DNA of 64,000 bases, from contig CALRIA010000001.1 in assembly GCA_943359595.1 (NCBI GenBank), forward strand, positions 11,654 to 75,653. Direction: 5' to 3'. The translations under genes and the position numbers were made by a program. Position 1 is the first letter of the stretch. Each line of letters starts with the position of its first letter. Below the pieces are notes generated by a model. The model was not told the origin of the DNA. It saw only the letters and a program-made list of their open reading frames with translations, and searched no databases. This document shows positions 19,401 through 28,040 of the stretch, in pieces. Origin of the DNA: Candidatus Magasanikiibacteriota bacterium (GTDB lineage Bacteria; Patescibacteriota; Patescibacteriia; Magasanikbacterales; GWA2-37-8).

Positions 19401-20250
19401 TGTAGAATTTACTGGTATGAACTGGACTGTTCCAGCTGATTCTGTAAAATATCTAGTATTAAAAGGTCCAGTTAATGGTTCTGGTACTATGGATACAGCT
19501 AGCTACAATGCATGGACATTGGGTGCTACTAGTACAACCAACTTGGATATACTTGCCGGTGGTAGTAATATCTCCACTAATGTTACTGTCACTAGTCCAA
19601 CTTCTACTTTCTACTTGTTCCACAATTCTTCTCCAAAGATTGTTAAGAATAATATTGGTACAAGTTTGGGTTTAAACAGTCAAGCACAAATATTCTCTTA
19701 CACTGTTTATAACAATGGTGATCGTGAATTAACTCTTGCTACTTCTTCTGTATATGTGAGTGTTAGTGGTTTGACAGGTACTGCTTCTGCTACTGGTACT
19801 ATTAGCTCATTCAAATTATGGAATGCTGATGCTGCTGGTGTGATGGGAACAAACCTAGCTTCCGCTAGTACAGCTTTTGGTCAGATGTGTTTGGGTGGTC
19901 AAGTTGATCTTACTGCTGGTTGTGCTGCACAAAATTCTACTACTACTGTTTTTGGTGGTTTTAGTGAAACTGTCACTGTACCTGCTGGTGGTTCTCGATC
20001 CTTCGTTGTTACTGCTGATACTACTGATGTATTAGATGGTAAATCACAAGGTACTGTATCTGTATCCGCTATGTTTGATGGCGCTATTGGATATAGTAAC
20101 GCAGTTACATCTGGTCAAAGTGAAACTCATTGGGGTGTTGGTAAGTTATTATACTTCTACACACCAGTTGGTGGATCTGTAAATGGCACTGCTTATGGTG
20201 CTTCTGACTCTTATGATGTAGTAGGCGATACCTTGACTCGCTCTGCATAA
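16465..20250 (+). CDS. Giant secreted surface protein (S-layer/adhesin-like, Thr/Ser/Ala/Gly-rich)
   Basis: 1261 aa. Signal peptide ending AVANA-ATE. No TM segment after it. Strong low-complexity T/S/A/G/V bias, beta-rich, repetitive. Confidence 0.75.
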   Translation: MTNLLKLGKKIFTVGVVATTIFWSLGVAALVPAVANAATETDCATLMAGDLVKTSVSPVIYAVNADKTKSYFPQGDSFKSWTADNKYTYKLIAQSCLSSLKSATAVLPRPGTYLVKEQAADAVYMVLPGNKLAELSAEAAKALYGTNYMAMPAKGGHTITMDDPSWTFYSQLQVGGFGVKITESLPTAGALVKVGATYYVVGANKVLSEVTATGLTANRFQTKFAHVLTATTGFTMSAAKVEAQDAVLTDRTQGAAGPVGGTSTTPAVPAGALTVSLSADTAAATTLSASTVYNNVLTIKLSAGSEGATVNGLTVKKAGLVLNSNISGVSVWVNGYRKGDVMSSFNSDNKVSVGFTNSAIVIPANGFVLVSVAFNLGSGATGGTVAAQIAAATDIDTKASVGGTFPITGNTFGLTDGSATLASVTIVGQSVGGQSAEPVSGDTGQMEIGQTKEVAKFKFTEAGTNDATIEKLTFFVAGTVKEKDLQNFELYAPDNSLLGSAASVSDRYLTINLKAPYKLPKGTNRTLTLKATAMDGSGNWFQLQLQSDSDVMVKDGGNSFYVLPLDSDGGAWSAATSTTGYFKLKSGALTVTKSTDSPSANLAKGSTNVLLAKFDVKAVGEAVEVRKLQVTVVTTTATATKLAGNLKVVVDGSTILTQAASAASLYSGLSGPTQYTLSQYVTIKSGETKVFEVYGDIDAAAAATSAYQIKIGKAYVKRLSTLDFQDNQPNDIYAANSLSLGGNTPSIAKDTSLGNKTLAPGGSAQVLGRWVIKAPEAEEIDVTALNISFANSGLTVATYLQNLALYSGDVQLGASVSVVASTSNSFTFTLNVPKNVTKDLTLKGTIIGSALTDKTVSTTISSLTYVGKTSNSSTDDTTGYAGQQNTINSATVAMTAASDGTTQSKVLLPSASQVQLGKWKVTVTNQDVVYNKLRLYTVESTTTLDTSAGNFGSLSLYEAGKETTPLATGSYLPGSGNGYVEFTGMNWTVPADSVKYLVLKGPVNGSGTMDTASYNAWTLGATSTTNLDILAGGSNISTNVTVTSPTSTFYLFHNSSPKIVKNNIGTSLGLNSQAQIFSYTVYNNGDRELTLATSSVYVSVSGLTGTASATGTISSFKLWNADAAGVMGTNLASASTAFGQMCLGGQVDLTAGCAAQNSTTTVFGGFSETVTVPAGGSRSFVVTADTTDVLDGKSQGTVSVSAMFDGAIGYSNAVTSGQSETHWGVGKLLYFYTPVGGSVNGTAYGASDSYDVVGDTLTRSA

Positions 20251-20297
20251 TGGGTGAACGTTCACTTTTAGTGCATTTCGGTTAACACAATCGAAGC

Positions 20298-20327
20298 AAA
20301 ACCCACCCTTTCCGGGGTGGGTTTTTG
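20298..20327 (+). terminator. Rho-independent terminator after the surface protein gene
   Basis: Stem acccaccc/gggtgggt, loop tttccg, T5 tail, preceded by an A-run. Confidence 0.8.
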
Positions 20328-20331
20328 TTTG

Positions 20332-20360
20332 TTGACGTCTTTATCCAATAATAGTATACT
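20332..20360 (+). promoter_or_regulatory. Candidate sigma-70 promoter at the head of the glycan supercluster
   Basis: TTGACG, 17 nt, TATACT; 35 bp upstream of the ATG at 20395. Confidence 0.5.
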
Positions 20361-20394
20361 TTGTAGGTATAAAAATTATATCTTACTATAAATT

Positions 20395-22467
20395 GTGTTT
20401 ATGAAAGAAAAAATTGAACAGCTCATTAAGTGGTTGATTTATGCGGTTTTCTTTGTACCGTTGCTTGTTTTTCCAAGCTCTTATATTTTTCCATTTATTG
20501 TACCAAAGATTATTTTTTTTCGCTCCTTAGTAGAAATAATGACAGTATTGTATGTTTTGTTGTTGATCATTAATTGGCAGCAATATAAACCAAAATTTAA
20601 CTACTTAAACGTTGCAGTGTTTTTATTTTTATTAAGTTTTGCGGTCTCTACGTTTGTTGGTACGGATATATATCATAGTTTCTGGGATAACCATGAACGT
20701 ATGTTAGGGTTGTTTACTTTGTTGCATTACGTTGCTTTTTATTTTATTTGTGCGGGTGTTTTAAGAAATTGGAAAGATTGGAAATGGGCTAGTAGAATAT
20801 TTTTGATAGGTGGTTTTTTTGTAATGTTTATTGCCTGGTTACAAACTCAGATATCTGACCTGCTGTTAAATGGTGGAGCAACGCGTGTGAGTAGTACTTT
20901 AGGAAATCCAATTTACGTTGGTGGTTATGGTTTGTTTTTACTTTTCCTATCTGTGCTATTGTTGAGTTGCGAAAAAAATAATTTTTGGAAATGGTTTTAT
21001 GGGGTAGTTGGTTTTTTTGGTTTCATGGGAATGTTTTGGAGTGGGAATCGCGGTACTATGCTAGGGTTGGTTGCTGGGGTAGCTTTTGCTTTAGTTGCCT
21101 ATATTATAGTATTAAAAAAATATCCTAAAATACGATATGGTTTGTTGACACTAACGATGCTAGGAATATTATCTATTTCTTTGTTATATACTTTTAAACA
21201 TACATCTTTTGTGCAAAATTTACCGGCTATTGGTAGAGCAGTTAACACTTCTTTTGAAGATATAAAAACCAGTCCTAGATGGATTGCTTGGGAAATAGCT
21301 ATAGAAAGCTGGGAAGAAAAGCCAATTTTTGGTTGGGGTCCAAATAATTATTTCTATGCTTTTAATGAACATTACCAATCCAAGTCACTAGATTTTGGGT
21401 ATGGTGAAACCTGGTTTGATAATGCACATAATATTGTATTAAATACTTTGGCAGTACAGGGTGCTTTTGGGTTATTGACTTATTTTAGTGTGTTTATAGT
21501 AGCGCTTGTTGGTTTGGTTATGGCGTATCGCAAAAAATCAATTGATTTTAATTTTATGATAATTGGTGGTGCGTTTGTGGTGGCGCATTTTATTAGTGTT
21601 GTTACTGTGTTTGAAGATCCAACTTCTTATATTTATTTAATGTTTTGGTTAGCGTTAATTAGTGTTTTGTCATTTAATCCAAATGGTGCTTTAGTTGAAC
21701 CTGTTAAAAAAATGGCCTCAACTATTATAAATCAGGATAATAAAATTGGTAATGGTTTAATTATTGGAACTGTAGTGTTTGGTATTTTTGTAGTTTTTAT
21801 TTTTAATATTCAGCCAGCTCGTGCTAACCAAAAAACTTTAGATGCTATACGTACTTTGATGTCTGATCCAGTAATTGGTATGCCTGTGGCAAAAGAGGCT
21901 TTGGAGTTTACATCTCCTCACATAGATGATATTCGCAATGATATTGGTCGTACGGTGTCGCAGTCATTAAATGCTGGGTGGCAGAAGATAGGCAAAGAAA
22001 AATCAAATGAGCTGTTATCGTTAGCTACCGATAATGTAGAAAAAAATTTGATTTTACATCCTTTAGATATTCGCAATCAATTGGCATTAGCTCAGATGTA
22101 TCAGTTGGGGGCGATTATGAACAATAACGCTATGTATGCTATTAAGGCTGAAAGTGTGCTTGAGGATGCTTTAAAAAAATCACCAAAAAGACAGCAGATT
22201 ATTTATAGTTTATCTGGTATAAAACTGCAATTAAACAAATCTGCTGAAGCGATAAAAATGTTGGAAGAGGCCATATCAGACAATCCTAGAATAGGTGAAA
22301 GTTATTGGAGATTGGCCTATGCATATAAGGTAAGTGATCAGGAACAAAAAGCTGTAGAATTAATAAAAATATCTCAAGACAGAGGTGTCAAATTTACTGA
22401 GCAAGAACAAGGAATTATCAGTCAATTTAATTTGGTGGTTAGTACTAGTAGCATAAAAAAGAGGTAA
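20395..22467 (+). CDS. O-antigen ligase-like (Wzy_C/WaaL/PglL-type) polytopic membrane protein with C-terminal TPR repeats
   Basis: 690 aa, ~12 TM. The loop region FFGFMGMFWSGNRGTMLGLVAGVAF resembles the SRG/NRG motif of O-antigen ligases. The C-terminal ~230 aa are TPR-like. Confidence 0.6.
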   Translation: MFMKEKIEQLIKWLIYAVFFVPLLVFPSSYIFPFIVPKIIFFRSLVEIMTVLYVLLLIINWQQYKPKFNYLNVAVFLFLLSFAVSTFVGTDIYHSFWDNHERMLGLFTLLHYVAFYFICAGVLRNWKDWKWASRIFLIGGFFVMFIAWLQTQISDLLLNGGATRVSSTLGNPIYVGGYGLFLLFLSVLLLSCEKNNFWKWFYGVVGFFGFMGMFWSGNRGTMLGLVAGVAFALVAYIIVLKKYPKIRYGLLTLTMLGILSISLLYTFKHTSFVQNLPAIGRAVNTSFEDIKTSPRWIAWEIAIESWEEKPIFGWGPNNYFYAFNEHYQSKSLDFGYGETWFDNAHNIVLNTLAVQGAFGLLTYFSVFIVALVGLVMAYRKKSIDFNFMIIGGAFVVAHFISVVTVFEDPTSYIYLMFWLALISVLSFNPNGALVEPVKKMASTIINQDNKIGNGLIIGTVVFGIFVVFIFNIQPARANQKTLDAIRTLMSDPVIGMPVAKEALEFTSPHIDDIRNDIGRTVSQSLNAGWQKIGKEKSNELLSLATDNVEKNLILHPLDIRNQLALAQMYQLGAIMNNNAMYAIKAESVLEDALKKSPKRQQIIYSLSGIKLQLNKSAEAIKMLEEAISDNPRIGESYWRLAYAYKVSDQEQKAVELIKISQDRGVKFTEQEQGIISQFNLVVSTSSIKKR

Positions 22468-22471
22468 TGAT

Positions 22472-23251
22472 ATGAAATTTAGTGATTTACTTAGATTGCC
22501 AGAAACAAAAACAATATTAAGTTTGAACGACGTGTCAACTACTTTGTTGCATGCAAAGATTATTAAAAATAAAGTATTCCTTAAACGAATATATACAGAT
22601 TTTTATCAATATTTTAATAATCTAGTTTCTAGCAATACAGGGGAAAGATGTTTGGTTGAATTAGGAAGTGGAGGTGGGTTTATTAAAGAAATTATTTCAG
22701 ATGTAATTACCTCTGATATTATTGCTCTGCCCAATATAGATAGACAATTTTCCGCATTAAAAATGCCTTTTGAAAAAAATACGGTTGATGCATTTCTAAT
22801 GATCAATGTGTTGCATCATGTGGATGATTCTATGTCGTTTTTCAAAGAGGTGGATAGATGTCTTAAGATTGGGGGTAAAATAATCATGGTAGAGCCTGCC
22901 AATACTTTGTTTGGACGTTTCATTTATAAAAATTTTCATCACGAATTATTTGATCCTTCTGGTGATTGGGGTTTTGAAAGTGGGGGGCCGCTTTCTTCGG
23001 CAAATGGAGCGATTCCTTGGATAATTTTTTATCGTGATAGACAAAAATTTGAAAAAGAGTTTCCAAATTTAAAAATCAAACAATTAGTTTCTCACACACC
23101 TTTTAGGTATCTAATAAGTGGCGGAATTTCGATGCGGCAACTACTACCATCTTTTATGTATAATTTTGTAAAAATATTTGAAAGCATCTTAACTCCTCTT
23201 AATAATTATTTAGGTATGTTTGTTAGCATTGAAATAGAGAAAGTTGCTTGA
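22472..23251 (+). CDS. Class I SAM-dependent methyltransferase
   Basis: 259 aa. Glycine-rich SAM motif VELGSGGGF, then LKIGGKIIMVEP. Confidence 0.65.
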   Translation: MKFSDLLRLPETKTILSLNDVSTTLLHAKIIKNKVFLKRIYTDFYQYFNNLVSSNTGERCLVELGSGGGFIKEIISDVITSDIIALPNIDRQFSALKMPFEKNTVDAFLMINVLHHVDDSMSFFKEVDRCLKIGGKIIMVEPANTLFGRFIYKNFHHELFDPSGDWGFESGGPLSSANGAIPWIIFYRDRQKFEKEFPNLKIKQLVSHTPFRYLISGGISMRQLLPSFMYNFVKIFESILTPLNNYLGMFVSIEIEKVA

Positions 23252-23300
23252 ATAATTCATTGTATATAGGATTATTTTGGTAAGTTGTAAAATTTTTTTT

Positions 23301-24329
23301 ATGAAAAAAGCATTGATTACAGGTATTACCGGCCAAGATGGCTCATATTTAACAGAGTTTTTAATGGCAAAAGGCTATGAAGTTCATGGTATAATTCGTC
23401 GTTCCAGTAGCTTTAATACCGCTCGATTGGAGCATATTTATAGGGATCCGCATGAAGTTGGTGTACGTTTAAAGATGCATTATGGTGATCTAACAGATGG
23501 TAGTAATTTAGATCGCATTTTAGACAAAGTTCAGCCAAATGAAATTTATAATTTGGGTGCACAAAGCCATGTAAAAGTCAGTTTTGAAATTCCTGAATAT
23601 ACGGCTGATACAGACGGACTTGGTACTTTGCGTTTATTAGATGCAATTCGTGGTACTGGATTAAAAACAAAATTTTATCAAGCTGGTTCATCAGAAATGT
23701 TTGGAAAAGTTCTGGAGACTCCACAAAAAGAAACGACACCGTTTTACCCACGAAGTCCATATGCCTGTGCCAAAGTTTTTGCACACAATATTGCGATAAA
23801 TTATCGCGAGGCTTACAACATGTTTGTATGTAATGGTATTTTATTTAATCATGAATCTTCACGTCGCGGTGGTACATTTGTAACAAAAAAAATCATTGAT
23901 TCTTTTGCTAAAATTAAAACTGGGCAACAAGAAAAATTATATCTCGGCAATCTAGACGCTAGACGTGATTGGGGTTATGCAAAAGATTATGTCGAAGTAA
24001 TGTGGTTAATGCTGCAACAAGAAAAACCAGATGATTTTGTGATTGCCACAGGTGAAACGCATAGTGTGCGTGAATTTGCCGAAGAATCTGCGAATTATTT
24101 TGGTTTTGATCTGATTTGGGAAGGTAGTGGGTTGGAAGAAAAAGGCAAAGATAAAAAAACTGGTAAAATTTTAATTGAGATAGATCGTGAATACTTTCGT
24201 CCAGCAGAGGTGGAATTTTTGCTTGGAGATGCAAGCAAGGCAAAGAAAATCTTGGGATGGAGTCCAAAAGTAAAGTTCCATGAATTGGTCAAAATAATGG
24301 CCGAAGAAGGACTAAATGTTTTTAAATAA
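23301..24329 (+). CDS. gmd: GDP-mannose 4,6-dehydratase
   Basis: [46 protein letters not shown], ...[37 protein letters not shown]. The ORF is open from 23277; ATG 23301 is preferred. Confidence 0.9.
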   Translation: MKKALITGITGQDGSYLTEFLMAKGYEVHGIIRRSSSFNTARLEHIYRDPHEVGVRLKMHYGDLTDGSNLDRILDKVQPNEIYNLGAQSHVKVSFEIPEYTADTDGLGTLRLLDAIRGTGLKTKFYQAGSSEMFGKVLETPQKETTPFYPRSPYACAKVFAHNIAINYREAYNMFVCNGILFNHESSRRGGTFVTKKIIDSFAKIKTGQQEKLYLGNLDARRDWGYAKDYVEVMWLMLQQEKPDDFVIATGETHSVREFAEESANYFGFDLIWEGSGLEEKGKDKKTGKILIEIDREYFRPAEVEFLLGDASKAKKILGWSPKVKFHELVKIMAEEGLNVFK

Positions 24330-24337
24330 ATGGAATA

Positions 24338-25300
24338 ATGTTTATGATAGCCAAGACAGCTAAAATATTTATCGCTGGACACAAGGGGTTGGTGGGGTCT
24401 GCTTTAGTTCGTTGTTTGCAAAATCAAGGATATAATAATTTGGTTTTACGCACGCACGCAGAATTGGATCTGCTTCATCAATCAGCAGTGTCGAATTTTT
24501 TTACTATAGAAAAACCAGAGTACGTTTTTTTAGCTGCGGCTAAAGTTGGTGGTATTTTGTCTAACAATACTTATCCTGCGGACCATATTTATGAAAATTT
24601 AGAAATTCAAAATAACATTATCCATCAGTCATATAAAAATGGTGTTAAAAAGTTATTATTTTTGGGATCTTCTTGTATTTTTCCGCGCCTTTGCCCACAA
24701 CCTATGAAAGAGGAATATTTATTGACAGGACTATTAGAACCAACTAATGAACCGTATGCATTGGCCAAGATTGCTGGAATAAAAATGTGTCAGAGCTATA
24801 ATCGTCAGTATGGTACAAATTTTATCGCGGCCATGCCTACCAATTTATATGGTCCAAATGATAACTTTGATCTAGATACTTCACACGTTTTCCCAGGGTT
24901 TGTTAGAAAATTTCTTGAAGCCAAAGAACATGAAGATAAACAAATAATCATTTGGGGTACAGGAGTAGCTAGAAGAGAATTTTTGCATGTTGATGATATG
25001 GCAGATGGTTGTTTGTTTTTGATGAATAATTTTGATCCTACGAAAGAGCAGAATGAAAAAGGTGAAATTTTTTTTAATTTAGGTACCGGTAATGATATTA
25101 GTATAAAAGAACTGGCGGAGTTGTTTAAAAAAATCATTGGATATAATGGGGAGATTACTTGGGATAAATCCAAACCAGACGGCATGCCTCAAAAATTACA
25201 GGATATGACAAAAATGCATGCACTTGGTTGGAAACACAAAGTTGATTTAGAAGAGGGAATTAAATTAATGTATGATTGGTTTAAAGATAACCATAAATAA
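24338..25300 (+). CDS. fcl: GDP-L-fucose synthase (GDP-4-keto-6-deoxymannose 3,5-epimerase/4-reductase)
   Basis: IFIAGHKGLVGSALVRCL, YVFLAAAKVGGILSNNTYPADHIYENLEIQNNII and LLFLGSSCIFP are canonical Fcl/WcaG motifs. Confidence 0.9.
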   Translation: MFMIAKTAKIFIAGHKGLVGSALVRCLQNQGYNNLVLRTHAELDLLHQSAVSNFFTIEKPEYVFLAAAKVGGILSNNTYPADHIYENLEIQNNIIHQSYKNGVKKLLFLGSSCIFPRLCPQPMKEEYLLTGLLEPTNEPYALAKIAGIKMCQSYNRQYGTNFIAAMPTNLYGPNDNFDLDTSHVFPGFVRKFLEAKEHEDKQIIIWGTGVARREFLHVDDMADGCLFLMNNFDPTKEQNEKGEIFFNLGTGNDISIKELAELFKKIIGYNGEITWDKSKPDGMPQKLQDMTKMHALGWKHKVDLEEGIKLMYDWFKDNHK

Positions 25301-25309
25301 ATTTATCTT

Positions 25310-26722
25310 ATGAATAAAGAATCAATTACTGAGCATTTCGACCTAACTGCCACTCGAAGAGATGAGTGGAGAAATAAAAATAAATACTATCATCAGGAAA
25401 TAAAATCTTTGTTAAAATTTTTAATTCCAGAAAATTCTAAAGTTTTGGAAATTGGATGTTCTACCGGCGATGTTTTGGCTGAGCTAAAACCTGTTTATGG
25501 CGTTGGTCTTGATATTAGTGCTGAAACCGTTTCTGTTGCCAGAAAAAAGTATCCACATCTAACTTTTTTAGTGGCTGATGCCGAACATTTTGATATGGCT
25601 GAAAAATTTGATTATGTAGTTTTAACTGATGTGGTTGGTTTTTTTAAAGATGTGCAGTCATCATTTGAACAATTACAAAAAGTTAGTCATAGTCGAACAA
25701 AAATAATTATTACTTATTATAATTTTCTTTGGGAACCAGTTATGATGGCGGCGGATAAATTGTCCTTGAAAATGAAAAATCCCGTACAAAATTGGTTGTC
25801 AAAAGAGGATTTGATCAATTTACTTTATTTAACTAAATTTGAAGTAATAAAAAGTGGAGAAAGATTGTTATTCCCAAAGTATTTTCCTCTGCTGTCTTCT
25901 TTTTTAAATCATTTTTTAGCAAAATTACCTTTATTTAGAAAATTATGTGTGGTAAATTTTTTAGTTGCTAGGCCAGTTCCGTTGATGCATCCTCTGCTGG
26001 CTGAACCTTCTGTTACGGTTGTTATACCTGCAAGAAATGAAAAGGGAAATATAGAAGCAGCCGTACAGCGATTGCCAAAATTAGGTTCACATACAGAAAT
26101 TATTTTTGTAGAAGGTCATTCTTCAGATAATACATTTTTAGAAATTGAAAGGGTTAAGAACGCTTATCCATCTTTAGATATTAAATCCATGATTCAAGAT
26201 GGTAAGGGCAAAGGTGATGCTGTCCGCAAAGGATTTGATGCGGCCACTGGCGATATTTTAATGATTTTAGATGCTGATCTGACAGTTAAACCGGAAGAAT
26301 TGCCAAAATTTTATAAAGCGATCACTTCTGGAGCTGGAGAATTCATAAATGGATCTAGATTAGTATATCAATTGGAAGATCAATCAATGCGCTTGTTGAA
26401 TATTTTTGGCAATAAATTTTTTAGTATAATGTTTAGCTGGCTTTTAGATCAGAGATTAAAGGATACTCTTTGTGGTACTAAAGTTATTTGGAAAGACGAT
26501 TATCAAAAAGTAAAAATTGGTAGGTCTTTTTTTGGTGATTTTGATCCTTTTGGTGATTATGATTTATTATTTGGGGCTTCGAAATTAAATTTAAAGATCA
26601 TTGATTTGCCAATTCGCTATCAAGCAAGAACATATGGCACCACCAATATTTCACGTTTTAGTCATGGTTGGTTGTTACTTAAAATGTGTTTTTTTGCCAT
26701 GAAAAAGATTAAATTTATTTAA
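25310..26722 (+). CDS. Fusion protein: N-terminal class I SAM methyltransferase + C-terminal GT2 (DPM1/polyprenyl-phosphate glycosyltransferase-like)
   Basis: 470 aa. N-terminal VLEIGCSTGDVLAEL...VGLDIS. C-terminal VTVVIPARNEKGNIEAAVQRL...ILMILDADLT (GT2 DxD region). Confidence 0.7.
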   Translation: MNKESITEHFDLTATRRDEWRNKNKYYHQEIKSLLKFLIPENSKVLEIGCSTGDVLAELKPVYGVGLDISAETVSVARKKYPHLTFLVADAEHFDMAEKFDYVVLTDVVGFFKDVQSSFEQLQKVSHSRTKIIITYYNFLWEPVMMAADKLSLKMKNPVQNWLSKEDLINLLYLTKFEVIKSGERLLFPKYFPLLSSFLNHFLAKLPLFRKLCVVNFLVARPVPLMHPLLAEPSVTVVIPARNEKGNIEAAVQRLPKLGSHTEIIFVEGHSSDNTFLEIERVKNAYPSLDIKSMIQDGKGKGDAVRKGFDAATGDILMILDADLTVKPEELPKFYKAITSGAGEFINGSRLVYQLEDQSMRLLNIFGNKFFSIMFSWLLDQRLKDTLCGTKVIWKDDYQKVKIGRSFFGDFDPFGDYDLLFGASKLNLKIIDLPIRYQARTYGTTNISRFSHGWLLLKMCFFAMKKIKFI

Positions 26723-26740
26723 TTTCTTTATTATAATTTT

Positions 26741-27706
26741 ATGAAAACTGCTCTAGTTTGTGGTGCCGGTGGATTTATTGGTAGCCACTTGGTAAAAAAA
26801 TTAAAAGGAGAAGGTTTTTGGGTTAGAGGAGTTGATTTAAAATTGCCGGAATATAGTGTGACTGTGGCTGATGAATTTGTTGTTGGTGATCTAAGAGATC
26901 AACTTTTTTGTCAAAAAATGTTAGATAGATCTTTTGATGAAGTCTATCAACTGGCAGCAGATATGGGTGGAGCTGGTTATATTTTTACAGGTAATCATGA
27001 TGCAGATGTGATGCATAATTCAGCGACCATAAATCTGAATATGGCATATTATAGTCAGAAAGTTGGTGTAAAAAAGATTTTTTATTCTTCTTCGGCTTGT
27101 ATTTATCCAGCTTATAATCAATTGGATCCAGATAATCCAAAATGTTCAGAGGATTCTGCTTATCCAGCTGAACCAGACAGTGAATACGGCTGGGAAAAAT
27201 TATTCAGTGAACGATTGTATTTGTCCTTTTATCGTAATTACAATCTAAATGTTCGCATCGCACGATTTCATAATATTTTTGGACCAGAAGGAACGTGGCA
27301 AGGTGGTAAAGAGAAGGCACCAGCGGCTATTTGTCGTAAAATCGCTGAAACTCCAGATGGGGGAGAAATTGAAGTGTGGGGAGATGGAAAACAGACCCGT
27401 TCTTTTCTATTTATAGACGAGTGTTTAGAAGGAGTAAGGCGATTGATGGATTCTGATTTTATCGGTCCAGTTAATGTTGGTTCGGAAGAAATGGTTTCAA
27501 TAAACCAACTAGCTGAAATGGTTATGAATATTGCTGGGAAAAAATTGTCGATTAAGCATGTAGAAGGTCCAAATGGTGTAAGGGGAAGAAATTCAGACAA
27601 CCATCTTATTGCCAAAAAATTGGGTTGGCAGCCAACTAGACCGCTAAGAATCGGTTTGGAGTTAATGTATAAGTGGATATTAGAGCAAGTTAGTGATAAA
27701 AAATAG
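26741..27706 (+). CDS. GDP-mannose 3,5-epimerase (GME-like SDR)
   Basis: 321 aa. LAADMGGAGYIF, FYSSSACIYPAY, RFHNIFGPEGTWQGGKEKAPAAICRK, WGDGKQTRSFLFIDECLEGV and EGPNGVRGRNSDN match plant/bacterial GME almost motif-for-motif. Confidence 0.8.
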   Translation: MKTALVCGAGGFIGSHLVKKLKGEGFWVRGVDLKLPEYSVTVADEFVVGDLRDQLFCQKMLDRSFDEVYQLAADMGGAGYIFTGNHDADVMHNSATINLNMAYYSQKVGVKKIFYSSSACIYPAYNQLDPDNPKCSEDSAYPAEPDSEYGWEKLFSERLYLSFYRNYNLNVRIARFHNIFGPEGTWQGGKEKAPAAICRKIAETPDGGEIEVWGDGKQTRSFLFIDECLEGVRRLMDSDFIGPVNVGSEEMVSINQLAEMVMNIAGKKLSIKHVEGPNGVRGRNSDNHLIAKKLGWQPTRPLRIGLELMYKWILEQVSDKK

Positions 27707-27724
27707 ATTTTAAATAATTATTTT

Positions 27725-27764
27725 TTGACACCTGTTGACACCTAATGATACTTGATGATATACT
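27725..27764 (+). promoter_or_regulatory. Promoter region with tandem direct repeats (2x TTGACACC, 2x ATGATACT-like)
   Basis: ttgacacc-tg-ttgacacc-ta-atgatact-tg-atgatatact. The second TTGACA, an 18-nt spacer and TATACT form a sigma-70-like promoter. This is the only sizeable intergenic gap inside the supercluster. Confidence 0.45.
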
Positions 27765-27790
27765 ATCTACATAATAGTTATTATTGTAAT

Positions 27791-28036
27791 ATGCTTGAGA
27801 TAAACCCAAACGAAGTTTATACACCAGTTGAAACTGAAAAATTATTAAAAATAAGCAAGAGCACAGTAAAACGCCTAATCAAGACGGGGTTGTTAAAGGC
27901 AAATAAAATTGGGAAACAATATCGCATTATGGGGCACAGTTTGCTTAAGATGCTTTCAGAAGATTTAGATAAAAGTGCAACCGATGTCTACCAAAAGATT
28001 AAGATAGATGCTATTCAAAAAACAAAGAATTGGTAA
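27791..28036 (+). CDS. Small HTH DNA-binding protein (excisionase-family HTH_17)
   Basis: LLKISKSTVKRLIKTGLLKANKIGKQYRI is a classic excisionase/MerR-type HTH. The ORF is open from 27752; ATG 27791 is preferred (81 aa). Confidence 0.6.
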   Translation: MLEINPNEVYTPVETEKLLKISKSTVKRLIKTGLLKANKIGKQYRIMGHSLLKMLSEDLDKSATDVYQKIKIDAIQKTKNW

Positions 28037-28040
28037 ATTT

